This document shows, piece by piece, positions 9,559 to 19,711 of a stretch of 60,655 nucleotides of DNA (positions within the stretch are counted from its first letter, which is position 1; the number at the start of each line of letters is the position of its first letter). A model generated the notes under the pieces. The model saw only the letters and a list, made by a program, of their open reading frames with translations, had not been told where the DNA came from and ran no database searches. The position numbers and the translations under genes were made by a program. This stretch comes from a virus (taxonomy: Duplodnaviria > Caudoviricetes). The stretch is taken from positions 1-60,655 of the IMG/VR virus record IMGVR_UViG_3300025671_000067; one strand, 5' to 3'.

Positions 9559-9637
9559 GACAGTTCGTCCTCCTTCTCAATTTCGTTCTGTCATCCTCCT
9601 GCTCCTACGAGCGCCCCCTCTTCGGAGGGGGTTTCTT
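9559..9637 (+). ncRNA. Candidate anti-Shine-Dalgarno small RNA
   Basis: GACAG/CTGTC stem with TCCTCCTT in the loop, second TCCTCCT, GCTC/GAGC stem, then an intrinsic terminator. Confidence 0.5.
9614..9637 (+). terminator. Rho-independent terminator
   Basis: CCCCCTC-TTCG-GAGGGGG followed by TTTCTT. Confidence 0.75.
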
Positions 9638-9660
9638 AACTCCTCATCCAAGGAGCACTC

Positions 9661-9822
9661 ATGACTATGAAACTGACAAGAAGTGACTTGTTACAGGCGT
9701 GGATGACGTTAGTTAAACTGCGCGAAACGAAAAAACTAGATGCGTCTGACGATCAGTTTGTCTTAACTGTTCTAAATATACTAGATAAAGAGCAGCACAA
9801 ACGAATGGAGACAGAGAGCTAG
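9661..9822 (+). CDS. Hypothetical 53-aa protein (not in ORF track)
   Basis: AAGGAG RBS; MTMKLTRSDLLQAWMTLVKLR...RMETES; its stop overlaps the convergent gene's stop on CTAG. Confidence 0.6.
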   Translation: MTMKLTRSDLLQAWMTLVKLRETKKLDASDDQFVLTVLNILDKEQHKRMETES

Positions 9823-12800
9823 TCAGACAACACTATTGGTTCGTTATCTTCTAAATGTTCTTGTAATGCCGTTCGGAACATAGGACTTAGTGCTATACCG
9901 TTGTGTGCGGTGGCAGATGTTTTCATGTGAGATCGCATCGAACGCGCTACCGAATCGGCAGTTATGACTGCTTTCGGGAATCTAGCACCAATACGTTTGT
10001 TGAAGGCCAACATCTCGTTTCTGATTTCTCTCGCTTCTTCGTAATCTTGCATACGCATGGCGATGTAGTACTTCCTGAGTAGCGACGAACGGTTGTTGCG
10101 AATAGTATTTTCGATACGCTTAAGCCCTTGGTTCTCCTCTTGTCGTCTAGCATAGTCAGCAGGTGCAAATCCTACTACTTGAGAGAACAACTGGCCTGTG
10201 GTGATGTCATCAAGGATAGGATCTTTACGTCTGGTGAGTGCGCCCTCTTCTGTATAACGGATTGCTTTAAGGCCATTACGTACCGCCCCCGGCACCATAG
10301 ACTCAATACCTCGCTGCATATCTCCGTTGATAAGTTCACCCGTACCTCGGATAAATGATTTACCTACACTCCATGCAGGGCCACCTAAGTAGTACCCTAT
10401 AGTTTCTTCTGGAGAAGCATCTCGATTGTATCGGTTTGCTTGAAACAACAAGTTAGTAAGAGCTACACGTTGAGATACATCAACATCGAGCAATGCAGTT
10501 AATGCGCCCTTATACCACCCTTCACTGATGTACTTACGTACGATGGTCTCCGCATCGTCTTCATCATCGTCTAAGAACAAGTTTGCGATCATGGTGAAGG
10601 CACCGAACAACGGTAGCCCTTGTACCCCTGCAAAGAACAAAGCCGTTCCATGTACAGCCACTAATTGCCTGAACGCTGCCTTCCTTATTTCAGGATCGTT
10701 CTCACGGTTTAGCATGGTCTTAGCCGCTCGAAGCATGGTGTAGTACATCTGAATACCATACGTCTTGTACATCAGGGCGACTCGACCTATACCCTTCTGC
10801 GCCCATCTGGGAGCAGTCTCTAATACTGAACCGCCGTTTAACTGTTGTGCTTCATATAAAGCGTTTTGAGCAGCAAGTTCTTTTTTCTTAGCTGACGATA
10901 GTTTCTGTTCTTCTGCGGTAGCTCGTTTGGGATCATTTAGTCTGGCTAGTTCTAATTTATATGCAGCCAACATAGCTACTTGACGGTTGTACTGCTCCAC
11001 CTGATGGAACATAAAGGCTGACCAAGAACTTACTCTATCGATAATGTTCTTATCTCGTCCAGAAGAATCTAGACCCAAACTATCCGCAAACAAGGATCGG
11101 TTAAGTTGTCCACGCCCTGCGGCAAGCTGAACTAATGGGAGGATCTCTTCGAGTTCTTTGCGTCTTTCCGCGTACCCTTCAATGTCTTTACGGACAGTGT
11201 AGTTACCCGCTTCATCCATCTCAAACAAATTGTCGATGGAAGGCATAGCAAAGGCGTCTACCGTATCTTGTTTACCGAAAGGGACAATCCCTCTAATACG
11301 TCTACGCCTTGTAGATTTCGACATCAACGTACCAGAGACTAACCCCGCTGCGTCAGTAATCGCTTTACCCGCAGCACGGAAGCCATGTTTACCGCCTAGC
11401 ATAGGTAACACAAAGAGAGGTACTTGCGAGAGGTTAACCAACGCAGACGAAGTGTTAAACCCGATAGTCCATATAAAGGCAGCGCGGTTAGCTGCTTGAG
11501 CGATACCATCTTTAGGAGGACGCATTGCAAAATCAGCACGGGCTACAAGTTCATCTTGTAGGTCTTTGAGAGTACCTTCTTTTTCCCTCATCCGTTGCAT
11601 GGCAGACTTTTCACTATCTGGCATGTCAGGATCAGTGCCGAGTATTTGCTCTCGTAGTTTTGTTATCTTATTAGTGTATTCCAACCGTGTAATTTGTCGC
11701 CCAATGTCGTAGATCTTAGACCGCATAACCTGCGTGTGGTTTTGGTTAAACCCAGCGATACCTTCACGTTTCTGGAAGTTCTTGGCAAATGATGTTTCAG
11801 GTAGAGTTTCTATGAACGAGTTAAGGATATCGTTTCTGACCGCTGCATCTACTTTAGCGGTTTCCATAATCTCCAATACTTCGTTAACGAAGCCGACAGA
11901 AGTAGTCTTTTTGTAAGTCGGGCTATCATTACCGTCGTATTCGTTGTACACCAACTCACCGGCACTATCTCGCTCTATTCTGTTGTCGTTCTCTAAAACA
12001 TTTTCTATGTACTTACGCCGTTCTCTAGGCGTTTCAAACATTAAGAACACAGGTTCAGTGCTATCTGTTGCTTCGTTATAGGCTTGGAAACTAAGTTTGT
12101 AGTCGCCGGATCGCATAAGTGGGAAATACGGATCTACCCTCCCTCTTTCAGTTATCTTGTCGAATACAGACTTACGTAACTTCTCTTTGCTTTCTTTGTC
12201 TATGCTGAGGTCATCAATCCGTTTATTAACTACAGCAAGTAATTCTTTATACAACTTGGCGTAGGAATCGCGCATCCCTTTGTAGACATCTTGCCCACCA
12301 CTTGCTTCGAGCTTGTTCCACCTAGATTGCAGCCCTTTCCATATAGCCAGCTTCTCTTTGTTCTTCTCGTAAGTGCTTCTTGGCTTGGACGGATCGACAC
12401 CCTCTAAAGTACTTTCGGTTATAACTTCATCTAACAGAGGCACAACGTCTTGGTTGTTCTTAACCCAATTATCAACCATCTTCATGGTGCCATCAGCGGC
12501 ATTATCTTTTGTGTTCAGTGCGCCACGCTGTTTTTCCATCAACCGATGCAGCTCTAGACCTAAATCACCTAGTTTCTTGTTGTAACTACCTGCTATGTCT
12601 GCCAAAGCCTGTGAAGGCGAAAAGCCTAAGAAGGCACGGCGTGTCTTACCAGATACTCCACTCTTCAGGAACTTGTCCGCTTGGTTAACAAAGTCTTCCC
12701 GAAACTTCTTAGTGGGTTCTTTGAAGTCTTTCTGAACGTTACCTATTTTCCGCATCAGGTCACGTACTTCTATGTCGGTAGAGTTCTGCAGCAGGTCACC

Positions 12801-15800
12801 CGAACCATATGTGTCAGCAGCAGGGGCTATGATTCTTTGCAGTAGGGCATCTACTTCGGTGAAAACGTCTGTGTTAGATAGTTCAACAGGAGCGCGACCA
12901 ATGAGCTTTTTGAGGAAGTTGCTTATTGTGTTGTAAAAGGCTTGGAGGGCGCTTATGAATTTACCACCCTGTTTTACGTACTCATTACCTTTTACCTGCA
13001 CCTGAATCCGAGCTAGTTGTTGCCTAAACTCTTGGCTACCGTAAGCCTCTGCAGCGAACTCTGCTACATTTTCAGTACCGTTCACGCTTGATAGATCTGG
13101 TTCGACAAGGTTAAACAGTTTAGTTAACTGTTTAGTAACTGGATGCGAGGGGTTCAATAAGATGTTAGCCGTAACAGCATGCGCCATTTCGTGCATCAAC
13201 GTGGATACTGCAAGCCCTTCGCTAACCTCTTCGTTTAGCAGGATTAGATCGTTGAAATGCTTACGATCTTTAGCGTCTGATTTCGTTATATAAATGCCCG
13301 GAACTATCGTGTTATGCCTTCGGCCTTTAGCATCTAGGTATTGACGGTATGCTATGGCAGTTTTCTTATCTTTCAGGGCATAGTAATTATCTTTACCCGT
13401 TAGAGCTTCTGGCTCTGCAGGTACCACGGCTACTTTAGTAGTGCCCACCATTGTAGAGAACTGTTTAGCCAGTCGTTTTATAGTAGGGTTAGCGTCCGTT
13501 TTACTGAGAAGCTCCAAGGCTTCCTTCAAGTTACCTTGCCTTAGTTCTTTCAATACCGGAGCAGGTAGGGGGGTATCAACGCCCTCTTGGAACCTTGGTA
13601 ACCCTAAGTCCTTCTTAACTTGCGATATTATCTCGTTAACAGATCCCGGCTCGCCTTGGTCTATGCGTTTGTTAGCTTCCTTCACTACATCTTCAGGCAG
13701 CGACTCTAACTTAGTACTCTTGGGCTTAGGTCGTTTTTGAGCAACGTCTGTCGGTGGTGGCGTTTTAGTCTTTGTATCTTTAGCTGCTTCAGTTCGTTTT
13801 TTATTAGCTTCTCTTTGCTTTCTAGCCGCTTCCGCTACTCTATTTGCTTCAGACTGATCTCTTAACTCTAATTCTTTTTCAGTAGCAATATCTGCTTGCC
13901 TTCTTAGCTCTGGATCTACATCAGCTAGCGAAGGTTCTACCCCCCTTTGCATTTGCCGTATCATTCTAATTCTTTGCGCTGGAGTAATGTTCCTCCCTTT
14001 ACGTTTAATTTCTGCGGCTGCAGCGGCATCTCTTGCGGCACTTCGACGAGCATCGCTTTCTTGCACCAAAGTTGTTTCAGAGACAGTTGCGCCTTGAGTT
14101 ACGTCACCATCAGTAACTGTTGCAGGGGTAAATTCCGCAGGGGCACCGCGTCGTTCAAGGATACTTAGTTGCTCATCGATTGACTTACCTTTGAGACTTT
14201 GTAGCAGTTCGTCACTATCCTTGACCGAAAGTTTTGGTGCTTGTGGAGCTTCTGTCGGAGCTTCTGTCGGTGCTGCCGCTGGTCCAGCTTTTGCCTTCGC
14301 GGGTGCTACTTCAGGTCTGGCTGGAGGTACTTCTGTTTTCTCAAACGCAAGGTCTATCTGACGTGTTTCGGGTTGACCCAGAAACTCTTTTATTTTGTTC
14401 TTAGTTACAGTATCAGTGACATCAGGGTTATCTACGTATGCTTTTAGTTCCGCATTTAATTCGGAAAGAGGGACTTCTTTCTTCGCCATCAAACGTTGAT
14501 AAATAGGCTTCGTCTTTCGACTACGAGTATCTGTCGGAGCTATACCGATATCTTTAAGGAATTTCTGACTAATTTTTTGAGTTGGTTCTGCAGGAGGGGT
14601 AGGCGTAGGTTTTTTAGCTGCTTGAGCTTCTGCCGCAACAAGTTGTATTGGGAATAAGTCTGTTTGAGGTCTACCCTCTAATTCTTGTTGCGCTGCGGCT
14701 AGGGCTTGTGTTTGGTCAGCAATTTGTCTTTGCCCAATAACTGCAGCGCTGGGCCGATCACTAGAAACTATTTGTGCTTCTGCTTTTTGTCTACGATTCT
14801 CCTCCGCTTGTGCAGCACGTTGAGCTTCTACCTCTGCTTCTATTTGCGCTTTTATAGCATCTACTTCATCTAGTATGTAATTATCCTGAACTTGCTTTAC
14901 GGGTACGGTGTTACCTTCAGCATCTGTAACAAAGTCTCGGGTCTCAAACCCTATTAAGTTTTGAGCTTGAGCTGCTTGAGCAGCGCGTGCTTGTTCTAAA
15001 TTTATGAGTTGAGCTGAAGTACGATCTGCTCCCTGTCTTTGTTCGATAACTTCATCCGAGGGCATATCCCCAAAGGTTTCTTCAGCATCTATAGCAGCGG
15101 TTCTAAGCTGCTCGGGGGTAAAGACTTCTCCCTGAGAAGACACCATATAAGGTTCTGGTTTGTACTCAAGCAGTAGGGTTTCGGTCTGTTCGATTGATTC
15201 CGGTGTTACTTCATCAGGATCAACTGCCCCCTTACCCCTGCTTTTAGGTAATGCTAAATCAAGTAACCCTTGTACTAAACCGCCAACACCTGCCCCATAG
15301 CCAAACGCTTCACCAGTGTCGGTGAACACTCCTTGTTGAGGGTCATAGACACCCCGTTGAATTAGGTTTTGTGCTACTCCTGCCGCAGCTTCCTGTGCAC
15401 CTTCTGCACCAGCCGCTATAGCCGCACGTTTTACGCGAGTAATTGCATCTCTGATACCGCCTTTCCCAATAGCGTCATAGAGATTACCAAGAACTTTAAT
15501 GGGGATTAGTTCAGACAGCCCTACTACAGCACCTAACGCGGTAGCAGTCCCTCTTTCACTTTCAGTGGCACCGGCAGCGCGGGCACGCTCACTAGCTTCT
15601 CCTGCACCTGCACCTACAGCTAAAGCCCCTGCAGCAGGTATCCCAACTCCGGGTATTAATGAAGTGGCTCCAAGACCAACAAAAGAACCTACTGCTTCAC
15701 CGAATTTACCGCCTACGGTGTCTTCTGAACCTACATCAGGGGCAAAGTAACTTTGGGCTGAACGCCCTAGTCCCTGAATGGCTTCCCTAGCTTTAAGTTC

Positions 15801-16049
15801 AGATTCTTCGTCAAGGATTGAAGCACCGCCGAGAGCGGCAGATTCAAGAAGACCTAAAGCCCCACGGGGGATACCTTTACCGAACTCTTCAATTTGATCT
15901 AAGAAGTCAGGTTCTGGGCCTGCAGGGGCAATACTGACAGGTACTCCTCGTAATTTCTTATACGCATTAGCTACGATTTCAAACTCTTCAGTACCTTTTT
16001 TGTCTTCGTTGGCAATTAGCCACTCTGCGTATTTATTTACGCGTGACAT
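9819..16049 (-). CDS. Large polyvalent / internal virion (ejection) protein with zincin metallopeptidase domain
   Basis: 2076 aa; Gly/Ala-rich hydrophobic N-terminus; LMHEMAH (HEXXH) with downstream EFAAE; YFPLMRSG resembles the PLxRFG domain; last gene of the virion operon. Confidence 0.75.
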   Translation of the reverse strand: MSRVNKYAEWLIANEDKKGTEEFEIVANAYKKLRGVPVSIAPAGPEPDFLDQIEEFGKGIPRGALGLLESAALGGASILDEESELKAREAIQGLGRSAQSYFAPDVGSEDTVGGKFGEAVGSFVGLGATSLIPGVGIPAAGALAVGAGAGEASERARAAGATESERGTATALGAVVGLSELIPIKVLGNLYDAIGKGGIRDAITRVKRAAIAAGAEGAQEAAAGVAQNLIQRGVYDPQQGVFTDTGEAFGYGAGVGGLVQGLLDLALPKSRGKGAVDPDEVTPESIEQTETLLLEYKPEPYMVSSQGEVFTPEQLRTAAIDAEETFGDMPSDEVIEQRQGADRTSAQLINLEQARAAQAAQAQNLIGFETRDFVTDAEGNTVPVKQVQDNYILDEVDAIKAQIEAEVEAQRAAQAEENRRQKAEAQIVSSDRPSAAVIGQRQIADQTQALAAAQQELEGRPQTDLFPIQLVAAEAQAAKKPTPTPPAEPTQKISQKFLKDIGIAPTDTRSRKTKPIYQRLMAKKEVPLSELNAELKAYVDNPDVTDTVTKNKIKEFLGQPETRQIDLAFEKTEVPPARPEVAPAKAKAGPAAAPTEAPTEAPQAPKLSVKDSDELLQSLKGKSIDEQLSILERRGAPAEFTPATVTDGDVTQGATVSETTLVQESDARRSAARDAAAAAEIKRKGRNITPAQRIRMIRQMQRGVEPSLADVDPELRRQADIATEKELELRDQSEANRVAEAARKQREANKKRTEAAKDTKTKTPPPTDVAQKRPKPKSTKLESLPEDVVKEANKRIDQGEPGSVNEIISQVKKDLGLPRFQEGVDTPLPAPVLKELRQGNLKEALELLSKTDANPTIKRLAKQFSTMVGTTKVAVVPAEPEALTGKDNYYALKDKKTAIAYRQYLDAKGRRHNTIVPGIYITKSDAKDRKHFNDLILLNEEVSEGLAVSTLMHEMAHAVTANILLNPSHPVTKQLTKLFNLVEPDLSSVNGTENVAEFAAEAYGSQEFRQQLARIQVQVKGNEYVKQGGKFISALQAFYNTISNFLKKLIGRAPVELSNTDVFTEVDALLQRIIAPAADTYGSGDLLQNSTDIEVRDLMRKIGNVQKDFKEPTKKFREDFVNQADKFLKSGVSGKTRRAFLGFSPSQALADIAGSYNKKLGDLGLELHRLMEKQRGALNTKDNAADGTMKMVDNWVKNNQDVVPLLDEVITESTLEGVDPSKPRSTYEKNKEKLAIWKGLQSRWNKLEASGGQDVYKGMRDSYAKLYKELLAVVNKRIDDLSIDKESKEKLRKSVFDKITERGRVDPYFPLMRSGDYKLSFQAYNEATDSTEPVFLMFETPRERRKYIENVLENDNRIERDSAGELVYNEYDGNDSPTYKKTTSVGFVNEVLEIMETAKVDAAVRNDILNSFIETLPETSFAKNFQKREGIAGFNQNHTQVMRSKIYDIGRQITRLEYTNKITKLREQILGTDPDMPDSEKSAMQRMREKEGTLKDLQDELVARADFAMRPPKDGIAQAANRAAFIWTIGFNTSSALVNLSQVPLFVLPMLGGKHGFRAAGKAITDAAGLVSGTLMSKSTRRRRIRGIVPFGKQDTVDAFAMPSIDNLFEMDEAGNYTVRKDIEGYAERRKELEEILPLVQLAAGRGQLNRSLFADSLGLDSSGRDKNIIDRVSSWSAFMFHQVEQYNRQVAMLAAYKLELARLNDPKRATAEEQKLSSAKKKELAAQNALYEAQQLNGGSVLETAPRWAQKGIGRVALMYKTYGIQMYYTMLRAAKTMLNRENDPEIRKAAFRQLVAVHGTALFFAGVQGLPLFGAFTMIANLFLDDDEDDAETIVRKYISEGWYKGALTALLDVDVSQRVALTNLLFQANRYNRDASPEETIGYYLGGPAWSVGKSFIRGTGELINGDMQRGIESMVPGAVRNGLKAIRYTEEGALTRRKDPILDDITTGQLFSQVVGFAPADYARRQEENQGLKRIENTIRNNRSSLLRKYYIAMRMQDYEEAREIRNEMLAFNKRIGARFPKAVITADSVARSMRSHMKTSATAHNGIALSPMFRTALQEHLEDNEPIVLSD

Positions 16050-16051
16050 GG

Positions 16052-18019
16052 TTAGATACCTACTATAGCGTCTGCGCGAGGATCACCTTGTTCTTCCGGT
16101 TCAGGGGTACTTAAGTCCACCCCTAAGTTACCACCAAACTCGTCGATCATGGCATTTAGCGGCCCTAACGATGCGGCCATCTTACTTAAGGCAGCGTCTA
16201 TTACCTCTTTTCGGTACTCTTCTGGAGTGCCTTCATAGTCTTCTGGAGGTGGGGTGTACCCTATTTGAACAGTAAGATCAGCTATGGCGCTCTGTATCGC
16301 AAGCTCTGCAGACTGCTTAGCTTTAACTAACGTACCTAACAGTTGCCGTTGAGATTTAACGTCATCAGCTACAAGTGATTCTTCTCTAAACTTATTAAGT
16401 GCATCATTAGCTTGCTGCGTTACTTTAGCGTCTAAGTTTCCTACGGCTGTTCGTACCTCATTGTTAGCGTTGTTAATAACTAATTGCGCTTCTTGATTCC
16501 TAGCGGCTCTAGCATCGGCACTCTCAGATTGATACACGCCTAGACTTGTATTAAGCGCAGTACGAATATTTTGACGCGCTTCTTTCTCTGCATCTTTTCC
16601 GTATTCAAGCGCACCGGAAGCAATCTCATTGCTTTGAGCTACAAGTTTATCTACAGAGTTTTGGTAGGCTTCAAAATTCTTTTCTTTTCTAGCCCTTTCT
16701 GTGTCTTGGATATTAGACAATGCTTCAGACATTCCTGCCCCTATGCTGCCTAAGCTACCCTTGTTAGCACCAGCGGCAAACATCTCTCGGAGTCCTCGGA
16801 GTCTATTTGTAGTCTCAGGTTCTTCGTATCTACGTTTTATCTCGGCTGCAATCCCTTTCTGTTGTGCTGCTAACTCTGGGTCTAAAGCCATCTGTTTTTT
16901 ATAAAACTCTGCCGCAGTGTCTCTTGCCGTAGTAGGATCTGATCCACGTAACGCGGCTATGCCTTTTTGTAGTTCTGAAAGGTCAGGTTTCTGCCCCGCT
17001 TGTTTTAAGCTATCGGGGATTTCCATAGGTTTGAAAGCGACTTCTTCAAAGACCCTTTCTTTTTCTACTTTTTCTTTGGCTGGTGCACCACCAACTGGAG
17101 CAGGTGCACTTGTGGGTGCTACGGCTACTTTCTCTTCAACTTTCTCTTCAACTTCTACTTCTTCATCTGCTTTAGGTAATTGTGACAAAATACCTGCGGG
17201 AGTGGCTTTTCGCGCTCCTGCTGCTATACCTCTGTTTGCAGCTTCCGTAAGGCCAAAATAAGGGACTCGTTCAGCTTCTTCAAACGGTGTCGCTAACCCT
17301 AACGCTTTCCCTATGTCGCTAGTCCGTGCTTCTTCGGCAACGTTTCTAAGCGCAGTTATAGGCGTTTTTGCTAAATCTAAAATACCTGTCCCCGCACGAG
17401 CAAGTTTAGAAAGATCTCCTTTTTGAGTGCGGATAGAATTTATTTGCCGTACGATTTCTTGTTGTTTCTCAGCGGGTAGTTCTGCGAACTGTTCGTAGGT
17501 AAGTCCATACCTCTTTAATTCGTCAGCATCAACACCCCCTTCTACTTTATCGCCTTTTTGAAACCCTACGATCCCGCCACCTTCAAAGTACCGTGCTTGT
17601 ATATTCGGTGCAGGTCGAGTCATTAACCCGCCCATAGCTGCTTGTACTGGAGGGCGTTGTTGAGGTTGGGCAGCACGACGCATATTCTGCTGTTCCATCC
17701 GTTGTTTTTGTGCCAACACCCCACCCACTTGCGCTGCTCTATCTCGCATACCCGGCATGATCATAGGTTGCTGAGGTTGCCGCATTTGCATGACTTCTTG
17801 TTCTACTTGTTGCAACACAGTCATAGGGTTGGGTTGCGCTTGCAAATTAGCGTTGTTAGCTCTTTGCTTTTCTTGTTCAGCAATTTGCTGCAGCGCGATC
17901 ATTTTGATGGTATCTGGACCCATCGTATTCATTTCTTGCTGCAGTCGAGGAGCGCCCTTTGCCATTTCAGCGGCAACGTTTCTACCTAACCCTACGGGTT
18001 CGATTGGTCTGTATGCCAT
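16052..18019 (-). CDS. Putative internal virion / DNA ejection protein
   Basis: 655 aa, helical Q/A/E-rich; position before the largest virion gene. Confidence 0.65.
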   Translation of the reverse strand: MAYRPIEPVGLGRNVAAEMAKGAPRLQQEMNTMGPDTIKMIALQQIAEQEKQRANNANLQAQPNPMTVLQQVEQEVMQMRQPQQPMIMPGMRDRAAQVGGVLAQKQRMEQQNMRRAAQPQQRPPVQAAMGGLMTRPAPNIQARYFEGGGIVGFQKGDKVEGGVDADELKRYGLTYEQFAELPAEKQQEIVRQINSIRTQKGDLSKLARAGTGILDLAKTPITALRNVAEEARTSDIGKALGLATPFEEAERVPYFGLTEAANRGIAAGARKATPAGILSQLPKADEEVEVEEKVEEKVAVAPTSAPAPVGGAPAKEKVEKERVFEEVAFKPMEIPDSLKQAGQKPDLSELQKGIAALRGSDPTTARDTAAEFYKKQMALDPELAAQQKGIAAEIKRRYEEPETTNRLRGLREMFAAGANKGSLGSIGAGMSEALSNIQDTERARKEKNFEAYQNSVDKLVAQSNEIASGALEYGKDAEKEARQNIRTALNTSLGVYQSESADARAARNQEAQLVINNANNEVRTAVGNLDAKVTQQANDALNKFREESLVADDVKSQRQLLGTLVKAKQSAELAIQSAIADLTVQIGYTPPPEDYEGTPEEYRKEVIDAALSKMAASLGPLNAMIDEFGGNLGVDLSTPEPEEQGDPRADAIVGI

Positions 18020-18885
18020 TAGGTTGATCCTCCACTACTACCACTACTACCACTACCGCCGCCAAGCAATTCAAATAGACCCATAATTCCACCAGCACCA
18101 CCTAAGATGTTAGACAAAGTGCTAGGCTGAGAATAAGTTGTGGACTGTGCTGCTATGGGCAACCCTTGTAAGAGTGATTGCTGATACTGCACTTGCTTGT
18201 ATGGGAAGTCTCGTTCTTCTTCAAACTGAGCGATATCGGCAGCAATACCTTCAGCTTCAATAGCACGTTGTTGTGCGCCAAGGTTTGCTTGGTTCTGTAG
18301 GGCTTGCAGCCCGTATTGGTTGGTAAGATTCTGGGCCTGTTGTTGCGCTGCTTGTTCAGTATTGAACTGGTTTACCGCTTTGTCGTACGCCGTTTGGTAT
18401 CCAGTACCTGTGATGTTTGCTAGGTTTTGCATCAAGTTACGGTTGAGTTCAGACTCCATAATGGCTTGACGTGAGCCGCCATATGCGCCAGCTTGAGTCA
18501 ATCTTGCCGCATCTTGTAATCTTTGGATTTGAGCTTGGCGACGAGCTTCTTCAATCTGAGGGTCTAGGGCTGCTTGTAGATAAGGATTCATATAATCCTG
18601 TGCAGCTTGAGCAGTGAATTGCTGTGGTTGGAATGCCCCCATTTGCTGGGTAGGTACAGCTAGACTACCAACTCCTTGAAACGCAGCTTGCTGCGCCGTA
18701 GAAGCACCGGCACTTAGTGGCCCTGTATATGCTTGGTACCCTTGATTAGCAAGCGCCTGCCCTTTGCCAAGCATTTCCGTAACATATGGTCCAGCCCAGT
18801 TAGACAGTGATGATTCTGTACCTGTTGGCTGTCCTACGGTTGGATCTGTAGTACCACCTGTTTGAAATTTTCTAACGTAATTCAT
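18019..18885 (-). CDS. Putative DNA pilot/ejection protein
   Basis: Q/A-rich, YMNPY, AGAYGGSRQAI, Gly-rich hydrophobic C-terminus. Confidence 0.65.
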   Translation of the reverse strand: MNYVRKFQTGGTTDPTVGQPTGTESSLSNWAGPYVTEMLGKGQALANQGYQAYTGPLSAGASTAQQAAFQGVGSLAVPTQQMGAFQPQQFTAQAAQDYMNPYLQAALDPQIEEARRQAQIQRLQDAARLTQAGAYGGSRQAIMESELNRNLMQNLANITGTGYQTAYDKAVNQFNTEQAAQQQAQNLTNQYGLQALQNQANLGAQQRAIEAEGIAADIAQFEEERDFPYKQVQYQQSLLQGLPIAAQSTTYSQPSTLSNILGGAGGIMGLFELLGGGSGSSGSSGGST

Positions 18886-18893
18886 GGTCGTAT

Positions 18894-19709
18894 TTACCGG
18901 TCTGGCATAAATTTTCTAGGGTTAATTTCTTTACCCTGTTGTTTACTACCTGTACGTGCTTGACGGACTCTATCCATCATACTGTAAAGCGTCTCAGCCC
19001 CTGCATTTGAGTTACCGTTACCCAAATGACTTACTACATCTGCAGGGACTACAAACTCACCGTCGCTTAAACGAGCTTCTTGCATTCCATCGATACGAGC
19101 GGGTACCTTATCCCCCATTCCATCGGTGGTTCCTCCAAGATAATACCCATTATAGCGTCGATTATACGCGGATGCTGGACCTCCTCCAGCAAGAGCGGCT
19201 ATCCCCCCCTGCCTATAGGTAGGCGCATACCCAGCTAGCCCGGCAAATTCGGTAGGTGCTGGCATTGTGGTGCCTACTTGCGAGGGTGGGGCACCCATCA
19301 CTGGGGGTGGCATTTGCGGTTGCGGTTGTGGTGGTGCGCCGTATTGCCGTGTCTGCCTAGCCATATTAGCCATATTCTGGGCTTTTAGATTCAAAGCCTG
19401 TTGTATAGCTCGTTGCTGCGCTGATGCTTCTTGTCCCGGCGCTGCGTATTCCATGTCAGAGAAGTATCGCTGTCCTCCACTACCGGGGCGTCTACTAGGG
19501 TCATACGTATCTTGTACCCGCTCTCTAACTCCGGTGTACTCTGGGATACCTCCTTGATAGCCCACAGAAGGGATATTTGCGTCCGTAATCCCAAAGGAAT
19601 TTAACGCAGCGCCGCCCAGAAGACTGGCAAGTCCAGCAAAACCCGCATTCTCTTCATCATTAAAGAAATCTACCACGCCAGCTACATAATCTAGAAAACC
19701 ACCAGCCAT
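18894..19709 (-). CDS. Virion-module protein with C-terminal DxVPA...LSDGEFVV domain
   Basis: GGTTDGMGDKVPARIDG..EARLSDGEFVVPADVVSHLGNG. Confidence 0.7.
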   Translation of the reverse strand: MAGGFLDYVAGVVDFFNDEENAGFAGLASLLGGAALNSFGITDANIPSVGYQGGIPEYTGVRERVQDTYDPSRRPGSGGQRYFSDMEYAAPGQEASAQQRAIQQALNLKAQNMANMARQTRQYGAPPQPQPQMPPPVMGAPPSQVGTTMPAPTEFAGLAGYAPTYRQGGIAALAGGGPASAYNRRYNGYYLGGTTDGMGDKVPARIDGMQEARLSDGEFVVPADVVSHLGNGNSNAGAETLYSMMDRVRQARTGSKQQGKEINPRKFMPDR

Positions 19710-19711
19710 TG

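Noticed and set aside
9819-16049. Virion RNA polymerase (N4- or crAss-like)
   Set aside because: No recognisable single-subunit or DxDGD catalytic motifs by eye; needs a structure search to exclude fully
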